A DNA stretch of 63,991 bases, filler included, from Bigelowiella natans CCMP2755 (taxonomy: Eukaryota; Protista; Cercozoa): the NCBI GenBank assembly GCA_000320545.1. It is 6 parts of 6 records of this genome, joined end to end, with 100 filler letters (N's around TTAATTAATTAA, not from the genome) between each part and the next. Parts side by side here need not be neighbours in the genome. Positions count along the whole stretch, not along the records: positions 39,161 to 45,099 come from ADNK01000268.1; positions 45,200 to 60,637 come from ADNK01002185.1; 4 more parts are not named here. The stretch is one strand, 5' to 3'. The notes below the pieces were generated by a model that saw only the letters and a program-made list of their open reading frames with translations, was not told the DNA's origin and ran no database searches. The position numbers were made by a program, and so were the translations under genes. Shown in pieces: positions 39,655-51,300 of the stretch; positions within the stretch are counted from its first letter, which is position 1, and the number at the start of each line of letters is the position of its first letter.

Positions 39655-41656
39655 ATTGACTGCCCTCTTCCGCATCTTCTGGATTTCTTCCTCGGCTCGG
39701 GGGGGGCATCAGCACTTGCTACGCGTGCCAACACCCCACAGACGCTTCTCGAAGCTATTGTGAAACTGCGTATCCACTCCATAAAAGCACTACTTCAGGC
39801 CGCATACTCTCTCGACCCTTCCTGTCGTGATCGGTAAGTAAGTAGTAGCGGGTGATTACGAAACGCTAAACAAAAGGAAAAAAGGCAAGGGGAACTTGAA
39901 GCTGAGCAGCTGCTCTTGTCCGAGAATGCGAAAGCGCTTATTGATATATACCCATGTTTTGTTTGATATATCCGTTATGCATATTTTGTCAGCTACATTC
40001 AGCGGCACATATCACAGCTGTTTGGCCGGGCGCTCAGCACGCTGATAGCCAAGGGAGGAAGTGCATCTTCTTCTTCCTCCTCCTCCTCAACGGCAACTTG
40101 GCAGCATCCAGCAATGGAAGCGGCATCGGCAGCCTCATCATCAGTGCAGAGAATCGCACCAGTAAGGAGAAGGAAGAGTGCCATTGTTTTGTGTACTACT
40201 GCATGTCTGCTAAATGTACGCACACACACACACACACACACACTCACTCACTCACACACACAAGCTACATGCGCAGCATATTGAAAACCGCGGCTGCTGC
40301 TTCTTCTTCTTCTTCTGCTGCTGCTGATGCTGCTGCTGCTGCTGCCGCTACTATACCTCAGGTATCGATATCATCAGTGGCACATTCAATACTCCCTCCG
40401 GCCGTCTCCTCCCTCCAACTCCCGATATGGTCGCGTGTCGTAGCGCGGTGCTCCGCCGCCTTATTGACTCGGCCCTCTCCATACAGCAGCAGCAACACAA
40501 ATAGGAATGCGTTCAAATTAGAGGAGACTCAGATGCTGCTCGAGCTGCTTTATACCGCGGCAAATCTCTCGCGGCCAGCGCTGGCGTGGATTCTTCGACC
40601 CACCGCCATACCAATTCTCTCCGTTGTCCTCTCCTCTCCTGTTATGGTTGCGGCCGCGACACCATCCTCCTCCTCTTCGCTAGCAAATCGCACGTCGGCC
40701 TACCGTTTCGTGGCAAGAATCTTGTTCGGAGATTCCCAGGAGAGAATGGTGCGTGCGTGCGTGCATCAACCCGTTGTATGAACTATGCAGAACACCTCAA
40801 GGGAGGGAGAGAGGGGGGGAGAGAGGGAGGGGGAGGGAGGGGGGGGGAGAGGGGGTCGGCTAGGACGGAAACGAAGAGGACGAAGCTGCACAGCAGGAGG
40901 ATTTTTCACGCTGTTACAGTGTTAAATATCACAATTAAATGACGATCTTCCACCCCCGTTTGTTTGAAACTCAGAGTGGCGATCAGAAGCAAACCGTGCA
41001 AGCAGACCAGTCGCCGTTGTCAGCATCGCCACTTGTTGAAAGTACCAAAGAATGGTCGCGATTTCTCGAGACGCTGATAATGCTGAGTCTGAGAGAACTA
41101 GCAGCGCTGTCATGTTTGTCAAAAAATCCCTCAAATTCGGGAGTTTGTGATGAGTTGCATCAGCAGCTGCCTTCAGAAAATAGAATACTTGCTTCCTCTA
41201 AGTTGCTCTGCAGGGAAGGCAGGTCACCTACATTACGTGTATGCATATAGGCTCACGATTCCCATCCAATTCATAATTAACACTCACAACCTCATGCTTA
41301 TGTGTCTCAGTTATTTTATGGAATGTCACGCTCCGCATTCAAGTACAGCTACGTTTGCATCTTCTATTCGACGTTCTTTCGGATCTTCTCTAAACAAGTC
41401 TCGGACGCAGTACGAAGCTTTGCAAGTGTACAGCCAGACAGCTTCAAGCGAGGCTGTCAGGAAACTCAGAGTCGCTGTTGTTTATTTCTTGCTGCACGTA
41501 TTTGCATTCAAGCCAGCAGCAGCCAAATGTTCATTAGAAGAGTTCCAGCGGCAACTAAGGAAACACACGGTAACGTTATCGTCCCTGGGAAGGCTGGCGA
41601 CTGTTAAGGGAAATGGAAAATGGTGGACAGTACTGCAAAAACGGCTTCCATCATAG
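39655..41656 (+). CDS. Hypothetical helical protein, multi-exon, 5' end unresolved
   Basis: GT-AG-bounded exons IDCPLPHLLDFFLG...KALLQAAYSLDP, FKLEETQMLLELLYTAANLSRPALAWILRP, EWSRFLETLIMLSLRELAAL; last exon ends WWTVLQKRLPS*. No family recognised. Confidence 0.5.
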
Positions 41657-41689
41657 CAGCAGGCGGCGGAGACGGCTACAGCTCGAATC

Positions 41690-42840
41690 ATGCTAGCATG
41701 TGTGCCGTAGCTACGTCTTTCATGCATATATGTAGCTAATAGTAATGCGAACATGGCTAGTGCCTAGCTAATTAGATGTTGCTTGTTCGTGCTAGCTTGT
41801 GAGATCATGGTAGGCTAGTAGGGCAGCCTAGCTAGCTAGCTGGCAGCGCACACGCAAAATCATGCACATGCTGGCTAAATCATGCACATGCCAACTAGCT
41901 AGTTGCGTGGGCTAGCACGCAACGCGTGCATATCTGCTAGACATGGCCAGTTCTGGCGGAGCACTTTGTGCTAGCTAGCTAGTGTGAGACAGTGTGAGAT
42001 TGATGTGAGATGGATGTAATGAATCAATTAAATTTGTTCAATGTGGTCATTTTTATGTAGCTGTGCAAGCAGTGGCTACAGATGTATGATGAAATTATGT
42101 GATTGCATTGTTTCAATTGAAATTTTCTAGTTTTTGTAGTTTTGTACAATCTAGCAATGTGCTCATCAGTCATGTTAGCTTCGCAAATGTCATCACGACT
42201 AGCAAATGAACACGCTTGCTCTGCAGCTGGCCGCCAGATGTGTAGAGCTAGATTTAGATGTGCTAGTGTGCTGTGATGCAACAATAAGCTAGATCGACAG
42301 GCTCAGGCTAGCAGGTGCAGTGTGAGCTAGCTAGCTAGCTAGCAGGTAGCACATCTGCTAGTCTGAAGCTAGCGTAGTCCACATAGCAGTGTAGCAGTGC
42401 TGCCACATGCAACAATTGTTATTATACAATTTGCTTCGCTCGCGAGTGACAATAACTACGACGTGCTTGCATGCATGATTTTCAATGATGCGTGTCTCTA
42501 ACTCGGATCGATCATTTGTTGATCGAAGGCTAGCTAGCTAGCTAGCGCTAGTTAGCTACATGCTAGTCGGGCCACGCTAGCACGCTAGCTAGCTAGCACG
42601 TACGTCTATGTAGATCCCCGTTATGTGTACTAGTGTAACGTACAGCAGAAGAAATGCACGCGGCTATAGCACAGCCGGACCGGACAGCGTGCTCTCTCTA
42701 GCTCTGTTGCTACCATCATGTTCGTGTCTCTATACTAATGCCAGAATGCTAGTATGCGCCGCTGTACACACAGAAGCTCTATATCTTATTAGAAAGCTCC
42801 AGAGCTACAGCGCCGTCAAGCGATCAGCATGCTAGTTTGC
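41690..42840. repeat. Densest (GCTA)n/GCTAGC island, between convergent genes
   Basis: Runs such as gagctagctagctagctagc (~42324) and ggctagctagctagctagcgctagttagcta (~42528), plus many dispersed gctag; lies between the hypothetical gene (+) and psaD (-). Confidence 0.85.
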
Positions 42841-43114
42841 AAATGATTCATATTACACAGAGGCAGATTAGTGCTGAGCATAGATTCTATGTTCATAAAC
42901 TTAGCAATTTTTATCCTCTCCGCTACGAATATAGTAGAATATGTTTTCGGTATAAATTTAACGATGTGACTTTGCAGAAGAGGAACCTATCGACTAGAAT
43001 ATTCGCTGTCGTCCACACAAGCGAATGATAATCTCTTTGCACACTCATAATATTTCTGATTGAAAGTTGAGTGTGTGGACGAGTTCAGGCCACACAGCTG
43101 TTCTGATAGAAAAC

Positions 43115-44098
43115 CTATTCCTTTCCACGCCAGTAAGCTTCCATGTCCCAGTCCTCTGGAGGGCCAACCTTAAGCTTTTCTGGATCGCTGAATCGGTACT
43201 GAGGAGGCTCGTTGAAGATGAACTTGTATGCGTAGATGAAAGGCCACAGGAAGAAAAGAGGGGTAGGAGCAAGCTGACCCTCATCACCGTATGCCCAACG
43301 TGGGACATCGCATCGGAGGGGGGGTCCTGCAAGAGGTTCAGTTTCCCAGTTGTAGAGCTTAGGAGGTCCACGGCTGGTTGCAGCTCCGGGATGAACCTTT
43401 TCTGGGTAGATACCGTCTTTAGGGTGCAGGTATTCAACCTCACCTCCCTTAGCTTGATTGATGCGGTAGATGAATCCATCTATCTTGAACTTGGTGCGAA
43501 GCTGAGTCAAGAGAGCAAGGCATTGTTCCTTACGGGCGAACTTGACAAGGTTCTTTCCCTTGCGCATTTCTGCAGCACCCCCAGTTGGCATTTCAAATAT
43601 TTGGTCCTTAGGCGATTCGAAGGTGATTGCGTAGAACTCCTGGAAGGAGGCAGATCGAAGAAGACCTCCGGTGTTTCCTTGGAAACGAGGCATTGGCGTG
43701 TTGGGGTCCAATGTGGGTGGGGTGAATACGTATGGCTCAGTGTCAACAGCTTTTTCAGTTGCGGCAGCATTTGGTGTACGCATCATTCGCATTAAGCTCT
43801 GTCTCGTGGAGACAGGAGCTCTGAAAGTATTTGATGTCCTGGTCAAACTTCTTCCAAGTTTTCCTGAAAATTTTAGGGGGAATGATTATTCAAACGATAT
43901 TATTATGTCTACTTACGTCGTTGTAGTACTAAAAATGGAGACTTATGTGCGCACTTACAGAACCCAACCTCCCAGCTAGAACCCAACTTTATATTGTTGA
44001 TTTGAAATACCATGTCCTGCCTTGAAGGCCATTAAGCAAAGGATGCCCACAACGGACAACGCAATGCACACAGATAAATTCAGGGAAGAGCGCGGCAT
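43115..44098 (-). CDS. psaD: Photosystem I subunit II (PsaD) precursor with bipartite targeting leader and divergent C-terminal extension; exons 44098-44011 and 43863-43115
   Basis: [23 protein letters not shown]...[41 protein letters not shown]...[16 protein letters not shown]. Exon 1 [29 protein letters not shown] (signal-like) joins in phase 1 to an R/S/T-rich transit peptide. Confidence 0.95.
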
Positions 44099-45099
44099 GT
44101 TTCGCTAATGGGGGGGGAGATACTGCCTCGAGTCTGTGTCTTAGTTATTCTCGGCAACAGGAATAAAACGTAAGGTAACACTAATCAAGCGATACTTCAA
44201 CTCTACTTTTATTATACGACAAGATATTTATGTTGTCATTAATATTTAATGTAATTTATTCCATAAATTTGCTACATTTTTTTGTAGATTATTGGATTTG
44301 AAAAGGATCCTCCTGCATCGCTCTTGATGGGGCTCTTTGGTGGCGTGACTTACACTAGGACAACAGGTAAATGTCATTAATTTATATATAAAGACATAAC
44401 TTATGTCTAGTCTCTTATAAAATAATACATCAATTTCTTGGTGCTACCAATTCAAAAATAAACGAACCGATCAAATAGTTGACTGAAATTACAAATAATT
44501 TTCTCTTATATTTTTTAAAAAAAAGTTTTACAATGTATTTATTACATTATGCAAGTAATGGTATGTAAATAGAAAATAAATAGGATTGATAAAAATTATA
44601 CTTATATATAAATAAACTGAGAATGGAACGATTGATTAGAGTTGCATCAGAGAATATATATTTTATTCTGGTACAAAATGTACCAAGGAAGTCTCTTGAA
44701 AAGAAAAATATAAGTGACATGCAGGTACCGCGCCCAACTTACTCCCCACAAGAGGAGATCCCTAAAATATTCAGTGCCAATTTTTATTATAATTTATTCA
44801 TAGAATACAGTTTATACTACATTTTTGCTTATATACAGATAAAATAATTGATTTTGAATAGATGAAGAGACACGTATTTTTTAAAATGTGGTCATCTAAT
44901 CTGATTTGATGCCTAGAATGATTTGATTCGGTTGCATTTTGTGTAACAAAATAACTGAAACAATAGCAATAGAAAGTCACAAAAATCTGGCATTCAATGT
45001 GAACATTTTCATTCTACGACTTCAGATTTCGACCCTTTTTATCAGATGATGTAAGTTTGTCAGATATCGACTATCATGAAGGGGAAGCGACTGAACGTT

Positions 45100-45199
45100 N
45101 NNNNNNNNNNNNNNNNNNNNNNNNNNNNNNNNNNNNNNNNNNNTTAATTAATTAANNNNNNNNNNNNNNNNNNNNNNNNNNNNNNNNNNNNNNNNNNNN
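45100..45199. other. Artificial assembly linker
   Basis: N44-TTAATTAATTAA-N44. Confidence 0.97.
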
Positions 45200-45299
45200 A
45201 GAGAGAGAGGGAGAGAGAGAGAGAGAGAGATCATCCTTGTCGTCACCACCCCACATTAATCATAACGAGAAACTAGCGAAGAAAAATATTGGCCAGCAC

Positions 45300-45425
45300 C
45301 GCGACGGAGGAAGGGCTCGCAAACTCAGCGGGTTCAAAGTGGTATTTAAAGGGGTCCTGCGGAATCTCTTGGGCCTTCTACCATATAATTATATATATAT
45401 ATGATTATATTTTTAACACACACAT

Positions 45426-45469
<44 letters not shown>

Positions 45470-46661
45470 TGCGCGCGTGCGCGTGCATGTGCCTGCATAT
45501 TCAACACTGTTGGCGCGCATATCACTGAATCATTGGTTTTCACCTCCTCGGATCTTTTTTCTTCTTTTCTTCTTCTTCTCCGCTTTTCACCAAAACCAAC
45601 CCCCAAATCGATTTGAGCTTACCGGTATGATGGCGTCTTCATCATCGTCCTCCCCGTCATCGCTTTCCTCCTCAAAACTTAGCACTTCCTCGCCATGGCG
45701 TCGGGGGATGTAGTCGAATTCCCAGGGGCGGCTGTAAAACGATTTCTTTATTATTACACATGCTCTCACATCAGTAGCAGTGAAGTAACCCCCCGAGCAC
45801 CACCGTCACGCGCCATTATTCATACACTTCGTTCTCCCCTAGAATCGCGATGTACCTGTATCCGTCTCGATAACCCCTTTCCATGCCAGCGATTGTGGTC
45901 ACGAACCAGACGCCTGAGGATGACCTGGGGTCTCCCTGGTCCTCGTGATATTCGTCGCCCTTCTCGGAATACTTGCGGAACTCCTCTTCCAAGTCAACTT
46001 CTGGCCGCGTCGTGAGGAAGTCCGGCCGGCGTGGAGCCTTCCTCCGCTTTCTCCCAGCCGGGTGCCGTTGCTCGATCGTGTCCTCCTCGTCTATGAACGA
46101 GCGAGGGCGGCCATTTTGCCGGCCTTTTTCAGCGGGATCGACTTCCATTGCGTCCTCGCCATCTTCATTCCTTTCATCGGACTTCTCGTCGCGATCCGCA
46201 ACCCCCGCGATTGGAACACTGTTGGGGAGGGACGGCTCATTTGCGTTCGCGGTCATCTGTACGATTGCCCCGTCGCCATCTCCGCCGCTGCCCCCCTCCC
46301 CGCTGAAACCGGGCGTATCGGCATCGGAAGTCTGGCTAAGCTCACCGCGGCGGGCGTGCTCAAAGGCGGGTTTGATTGCTTCGAAGTTCTGATTAGCAAA
46401 GTCATCGATGGCGCCTCTTGTAGCCCCGTTTGTAGAGAGATGCGGTTTGAACGCAGAACGACATTTCATCCACTGACATCTCCTTGCTTGGAATAGGACT
46501 CGACTCTTCCTTGGCCCAGGCACGCGACTGGGCAAAACTGAGCGTTGTCGCTGGCTTGCACAGTGCTCGCGACTAAGAGGAGAGGAGCTGAGGGAGAGTG
46601 AGAGGAGAGGCAGCAGGAGTAAGAGGGGAGGGGGTCGGCCGAGAGGCCCGGACGACCCCAT
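45300..46661 (-). CDS. 5' part of a signal-peptide-bearing protein with an acidic region and an NHL-repeat-like motif; 3' end truncated by the gap
   Basis: MGSSGPLGRPPPLLLLLPLLSLSLSS (signal-like), an R-rich segment, an acidic linker, then VWFVTTIAGMERGYRDG (cf. NHL VTTIAG...GY.DG). Confidence 0.55.
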
Positions 46662-46849
46662 CAAATGTGACCCCCAATCTACGATGTGTTCCGTATGAAA
46701 AGTGTTCGTGTTCAGGTGATTCGGATCGGCAGAACATTCACGATGTATTACCATCAATAAATTGTCGGAGGCTGTGGATCCTCATGACACCAAAACCAAC
46801 AACTTTGTCTCTCGAATCCATTTTTGGTGAGCAATTCGACAGTCTAATC

Positions 46850-47360
46850 ACCGACATGTCCTGGACATTTCTCCGACTTTCACACCTCTTTGTGGTTCTG
46901 GCGCATGCAGATCTGATCAACGCTTTGTTCATTGTTCATTGTTCATTGCTCTGGACCTTCAACCTGCACCAAGCACTTCACCTCCGCCGCAAGGCCCAAA
47001 ACCTGAACTCCCTGGCAGCCTTCACATTGGTTTTCGGAAGTGGCCAAGAAGCATGCGACAAAGTCTGGACTGAGAGCGTCCGAGTCAGTTGTTGAGTGGA
47101 GGGGTGACGGGTGGGATGTGCAAGCTCCTCCAGAACGTGCTGGCTTGCCAGTCACGTGGGGTCAGGCCCCCGACGGATTTGTCCCTCAGTCAACCATTCA
47201 GTGTTCTCCGAGGACTCCCTCAGGGTGCCCCTGAATCCCCGATTCTGTTCTCATTGTTCATCAATGACCTCATCGAACGTGTGAAGGAGCGTGGCTAGCT
47301 AGCTAGCTGAGTGCTTGTCGTGCGGTGTCCACTGGTCCAGTTCGCAGATGAGATCGCTAG
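46850..47360 (+). mobile_element. Degenerate non-LTR (LINE) reverse-transcriptase fragment
   Basis: EACDKVW (cf. KAYDKV); SQPFSVLRGLPQGAPESPILFSLFINDL (cf. GVPQGSVLSP.LF..FINDL); VQFADEI (cf. YADD). Frameshifted and interrupted by gctagctagctagc. Confidence 0.85.
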
Positions 47361-48018
47361 GTCGGTCAACCATGGTCAAATGCAACAAGTGACATGGCGG
47401 AAGCTCCAGCATCGTGCCAAAAGTGTGTTCAAGGTTCAAAGCAACAGCAGCGGAATTGGCATTCATCATGAGTGTCATGACTCAAATTCAGCTTTTTGCA
47501 AGTTTTTTGTGACTCACAAATCTGATGATTCTGGAAAGTTTCAAGAGAAGAACTGTTGTCTTCCCACTGCCCAGTTTCACAATGCGTGCAACCACGGACA
47601 CCGTGGACATGCGCCCAGTAGCAGGCACGCAGCACGACGGTGCACGTGCTAGCGTGCTAGCGTGGTGGATGTGTTGTGCAATGCACACACCTTGTCCATT
47701 GTGGTGCGATTGGTCCTGCTTTCTCATCATGCACACACAATGACAGCGATTTGCCAAAAGGCACTGTGGACAGATGGCATGTCGAGACGTGTTGTGCGTG
47801 GTTTGTTGCGTGTTTGTGTTGGGGCGCTCGTGCGGCACAGCATGCGCGTGACGCCGGTGCATGATGCAACGTTCAGCGACAACCATGTCATGTGCGTTTG
47901 GAGCGCCTCATCGTGATGTTGTTCATTGGCAATGACAAATCGCAACATGAAACATGAACATGCACACATTGAATTAGCTACACATTGAGTTAGCCAATGG
48001 CTAGCACTCACGCCCTTT

Positions 48019-51000
48019 CTAGCTTTGTACCCTCTTCGATTTTCGCTGACTCTTCATCTCTCCAAGGCTGCTCGCAGCATGCTTCATGAAGAGTTTGGTG
48101 TTAATGGTCCTTGCTGAGCGAGTTCCTGATCGCGCGCTCCTCTCTGACCTCGCGGAGTTGCCAGACATGCCAAATGCACCGAGCTCGATTGGGTGAACAC
48201 TCTGCTTCGATGAATCATCGGACAGCCCCGTAGTGGACTGTCGTATGCGAGTGGATGGGATGGGAGTGATCGCAGCAGATGACCTGGTATGGACTCGCCG
48301 TGCTTGCCTAGGCGTCGCATCCCGAGAACGATTGTGCATGATGAGATTGAACCGTCGCCCTGTTTAACAGTAACAACGGTTGAAGTTTTTAGCATCTTCT
48401 CAAGCGAATTAGAATAAGAGAGCGCCCACGCTGCAGTATGTGTGGGAGAGGAGGGAAAGCGCCCGTAAAATTGACATTATTGTTGAGCTGCTTCTTTGTT
48501 TAGTCACCTTCGCCGAGGAACTCGTCATCCGGCGCCGCCGACTTAACATCCGATTGATTTTCCGAGAAAAACTCTGGGACGTCTCTATTCTGTGGGCCGG
48601 TCGCACTGTTCTTCAGGAAGGAGTTGATGTCTATTTTGGCAAGATTCCGCTCCATGCTAGGCAGCTGAAGCCGGAGAGCAAATTGGTCGTGCGTGCGCAT
48701 CACATGCTTCAGGATCTTCCGGAAGTCCTTGTCGTTCTCCGGCCTCACATTATTGACCTACGGCGAGTATTTGTGCAGGCGGGGATAGAAGGGGCGGGGG
48801 GAGCATGGTTCAGTGGAGGAGTTGAAGGGAGAGAACGTATGAAGAGCGTGCAGATTCATTTTAAGTACGGCTCTACCACTTCTGCTTCTACAATGCGCGG
48901 CAGTAGCATCACGTATGGTGGTACATCGTCGATCTACCTCGAGAATAAGCATTCCGGGCTCGACCCCTCTCATCGCCGCCTGGCAGTCTGGCAGCACATC
49001 CACGACGCGCAGGTGTCTGTATTGGAACCCGAGGATTCCTGAGTCCATCAGCACTAGAATCTCGTCCTTCTCCCTCCCCTCCTGATCGGCGGCGCCGCCC
49101 CCGCCGCAGCAGCAGTAGCAGCAGCAGTAGCACAGAGCGCAGAGGGGGAGGAACATGAGCCCGTCCAACACAATGATCTGCATCAGCCTGAAGGCGATGT
49201 CCTGCGAGAAGGCCAAGAGCGTCGTGGTGCTGAAGTCAGTGATGCTGCCGGACTTGTTCATCTGATATGAGAGCAGCACGAGCAGAAACCAGCAGCCTAG
49301 GGCGATGGTGAGCTCTAAGACCACCCCTGTAATGTCGTGCCATGTCCACGTGTGGGTGGAGAGGTTGGGCGTGCTGCGCGGGAGCACCTGGATATGATAG
49401 ATAATAATTAATATCTCCATATGTATTTATCTATATCTATATCTATATCTACATCTATATATTTATTTATACATATAATAATTACGCCGCGAGGAGGAAG
49501 GCAGCAGCGAAGATGGACAAATTAGCTGCTAGTAACGACCCTCGGCGGCGGGTGTCAGTGCTACTGATCGTCGCTGCTGCTGCTGCTGCTGCTGCTGCGA
49601 AGAACAAGTTCCTGTAGCTCCGCATGCATCATGGTAAAATCAGCATATCGATCGATAATGGCCAATGCACTACCTCACATCCGCAGATACACCGCACTGG
49701 CTTCGGGGCGGTATCGACTCTTTTAACGCTGTCCAGGCAGTGAAGAGACACGTCTCGAATGTCGTGCTTCAAGTCAGCAAGGTCATGCTGCAGACTACGC
49801 CGGATCCTGTGGAGCGAGGTAATCGTTCGGCGCGCCCCTCCCTTGTGCGTCGTTCTGGTACAACCGACGGTGTCCAGAGAATCTCCAACCTGAGGGGAAA
49901 GGGGGGGGGGGGGGGGGCATGAGGGGAGAGGGGAGGAAACGCCTCAGATCTACGTTTAGAGGAGAAATTCCTTCAAATCGAGAATACGAACAAAAAAAAT
50001 CGGAAGTGAAACATCATGCTCGTTCTGCTTGCATCTTCCTGTTGTCGACTGATATCGTTGATGATGACGACGACGACCACGACGACGATGATGATGCGCG
50101 ATAACGAGCATCTTCTAACAATTCACGCCGCGCTCGACCTTGATGAAAGAGCTTTTGCGTAGCAGCGTGTGAGTGCTGGGGGCCATCATAGCCTGGACCG
50201 ACCCAGACCCTCCTTCCTTGGAGCTGCTCTGCTGCGAGGAAGAGCTATGCTTTGGCACCTCATGCGGCTGCCTCAGCTGCATTCTGGAGTCTGCATCGCT
50301 TGAGTAAGAAAAAGAAACTCCAGCTGCTGCCGGTGGCAGTGCTCCTGCCGTGTCCTTTCTCGCCGGGCTTGCGATCATTCCAGGCGGGTTTATGGCTGGC
50401 AGCTGCTGAAAGCTCTTGTCCTTGACAACGCTCCCCATGTCCAGCCTAGGCAACGCCGGCCCACTTCTGCGTGTACCTTTGTCGCAACCACGGTTCTTCT
50501 CCTCGCCTCCGGCCCCGCCCCTGCCACCATCAGTAGTGCCAGCTGCCGCCTTCGGCGAAACGTAAACGCTCGCACGGGATGGAAGGCTGCCTAAGCTGCT
50601 TCCCCTCCGGCTCGCCACGCCCTCCCCTGGCAGTTTGAAGTGACTGGCGCAGGCTGCTCGTCCTCCCCCACCCCTCGCTGCATCCGCCCCGCCAAGCGCG
50701 TGCGTCGGTTCTAGGTCCAAGTCATCGTTGCTCTCGCCGACTACGCCGCCATCTAAATCTAAATCTAAATCATCGTCATCATCGCTTGCTGGAAGCTGGA
50801 GGACCTCCTCCCTTAGCTTTCGCAGCCGCGCCTTCAGCTGGATGTTTTTCGTGTCCTTCGCGATCTGCTCTTCAATTTCTCCTAGTTCTCTTCGCTTTGC
50901 TTGGATTGACCTCTGCCGCTCCTTCCACCTTCGGCGCTTTGCGGCAGCTGCGTCCTCCTCTTTCGTCGCCTGATCGGCCCCGACCAGGCCCGCCCCTGCC

Positions 51001-51253
51001 TTTTGTGCTGTAGCAGCAACGACGCCAGCTGCGGCGCCAGCGGTTACGAATCCCAGCCCGGCCAGTGCGTTGCTGAAGGGGTCCACTGCATCATCGCCGT
51101 CCACGTCGTTGATATCTGAGAGAGAAGCAAGTGGATGGTGGTGGTGGTGATGATGATGATGACGATGATGATGATGTTGATGGCTGTTGTTCTTGTTGTT
51201 GTTGCTGCTGCTGCTGCTGCTGTTGCGGAAAAATGACTCGCAGGCGAAAGACA

Positions 51254-51300
<47 letters not shown>

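Noticed and set aside
43067-43795. 242-aa plus-strand ORF overlapping psaD
   Set aside because: Antisense shadow of a real CDS with no recognisable motifs.
43917-43975. Two apparent micro-exons with GTAAGT donors inside the psaD intron
   Set aside because: Including the 17-nt one shifts the frame into a stop; a single 147-nt intron gives a clean in-frame leader.
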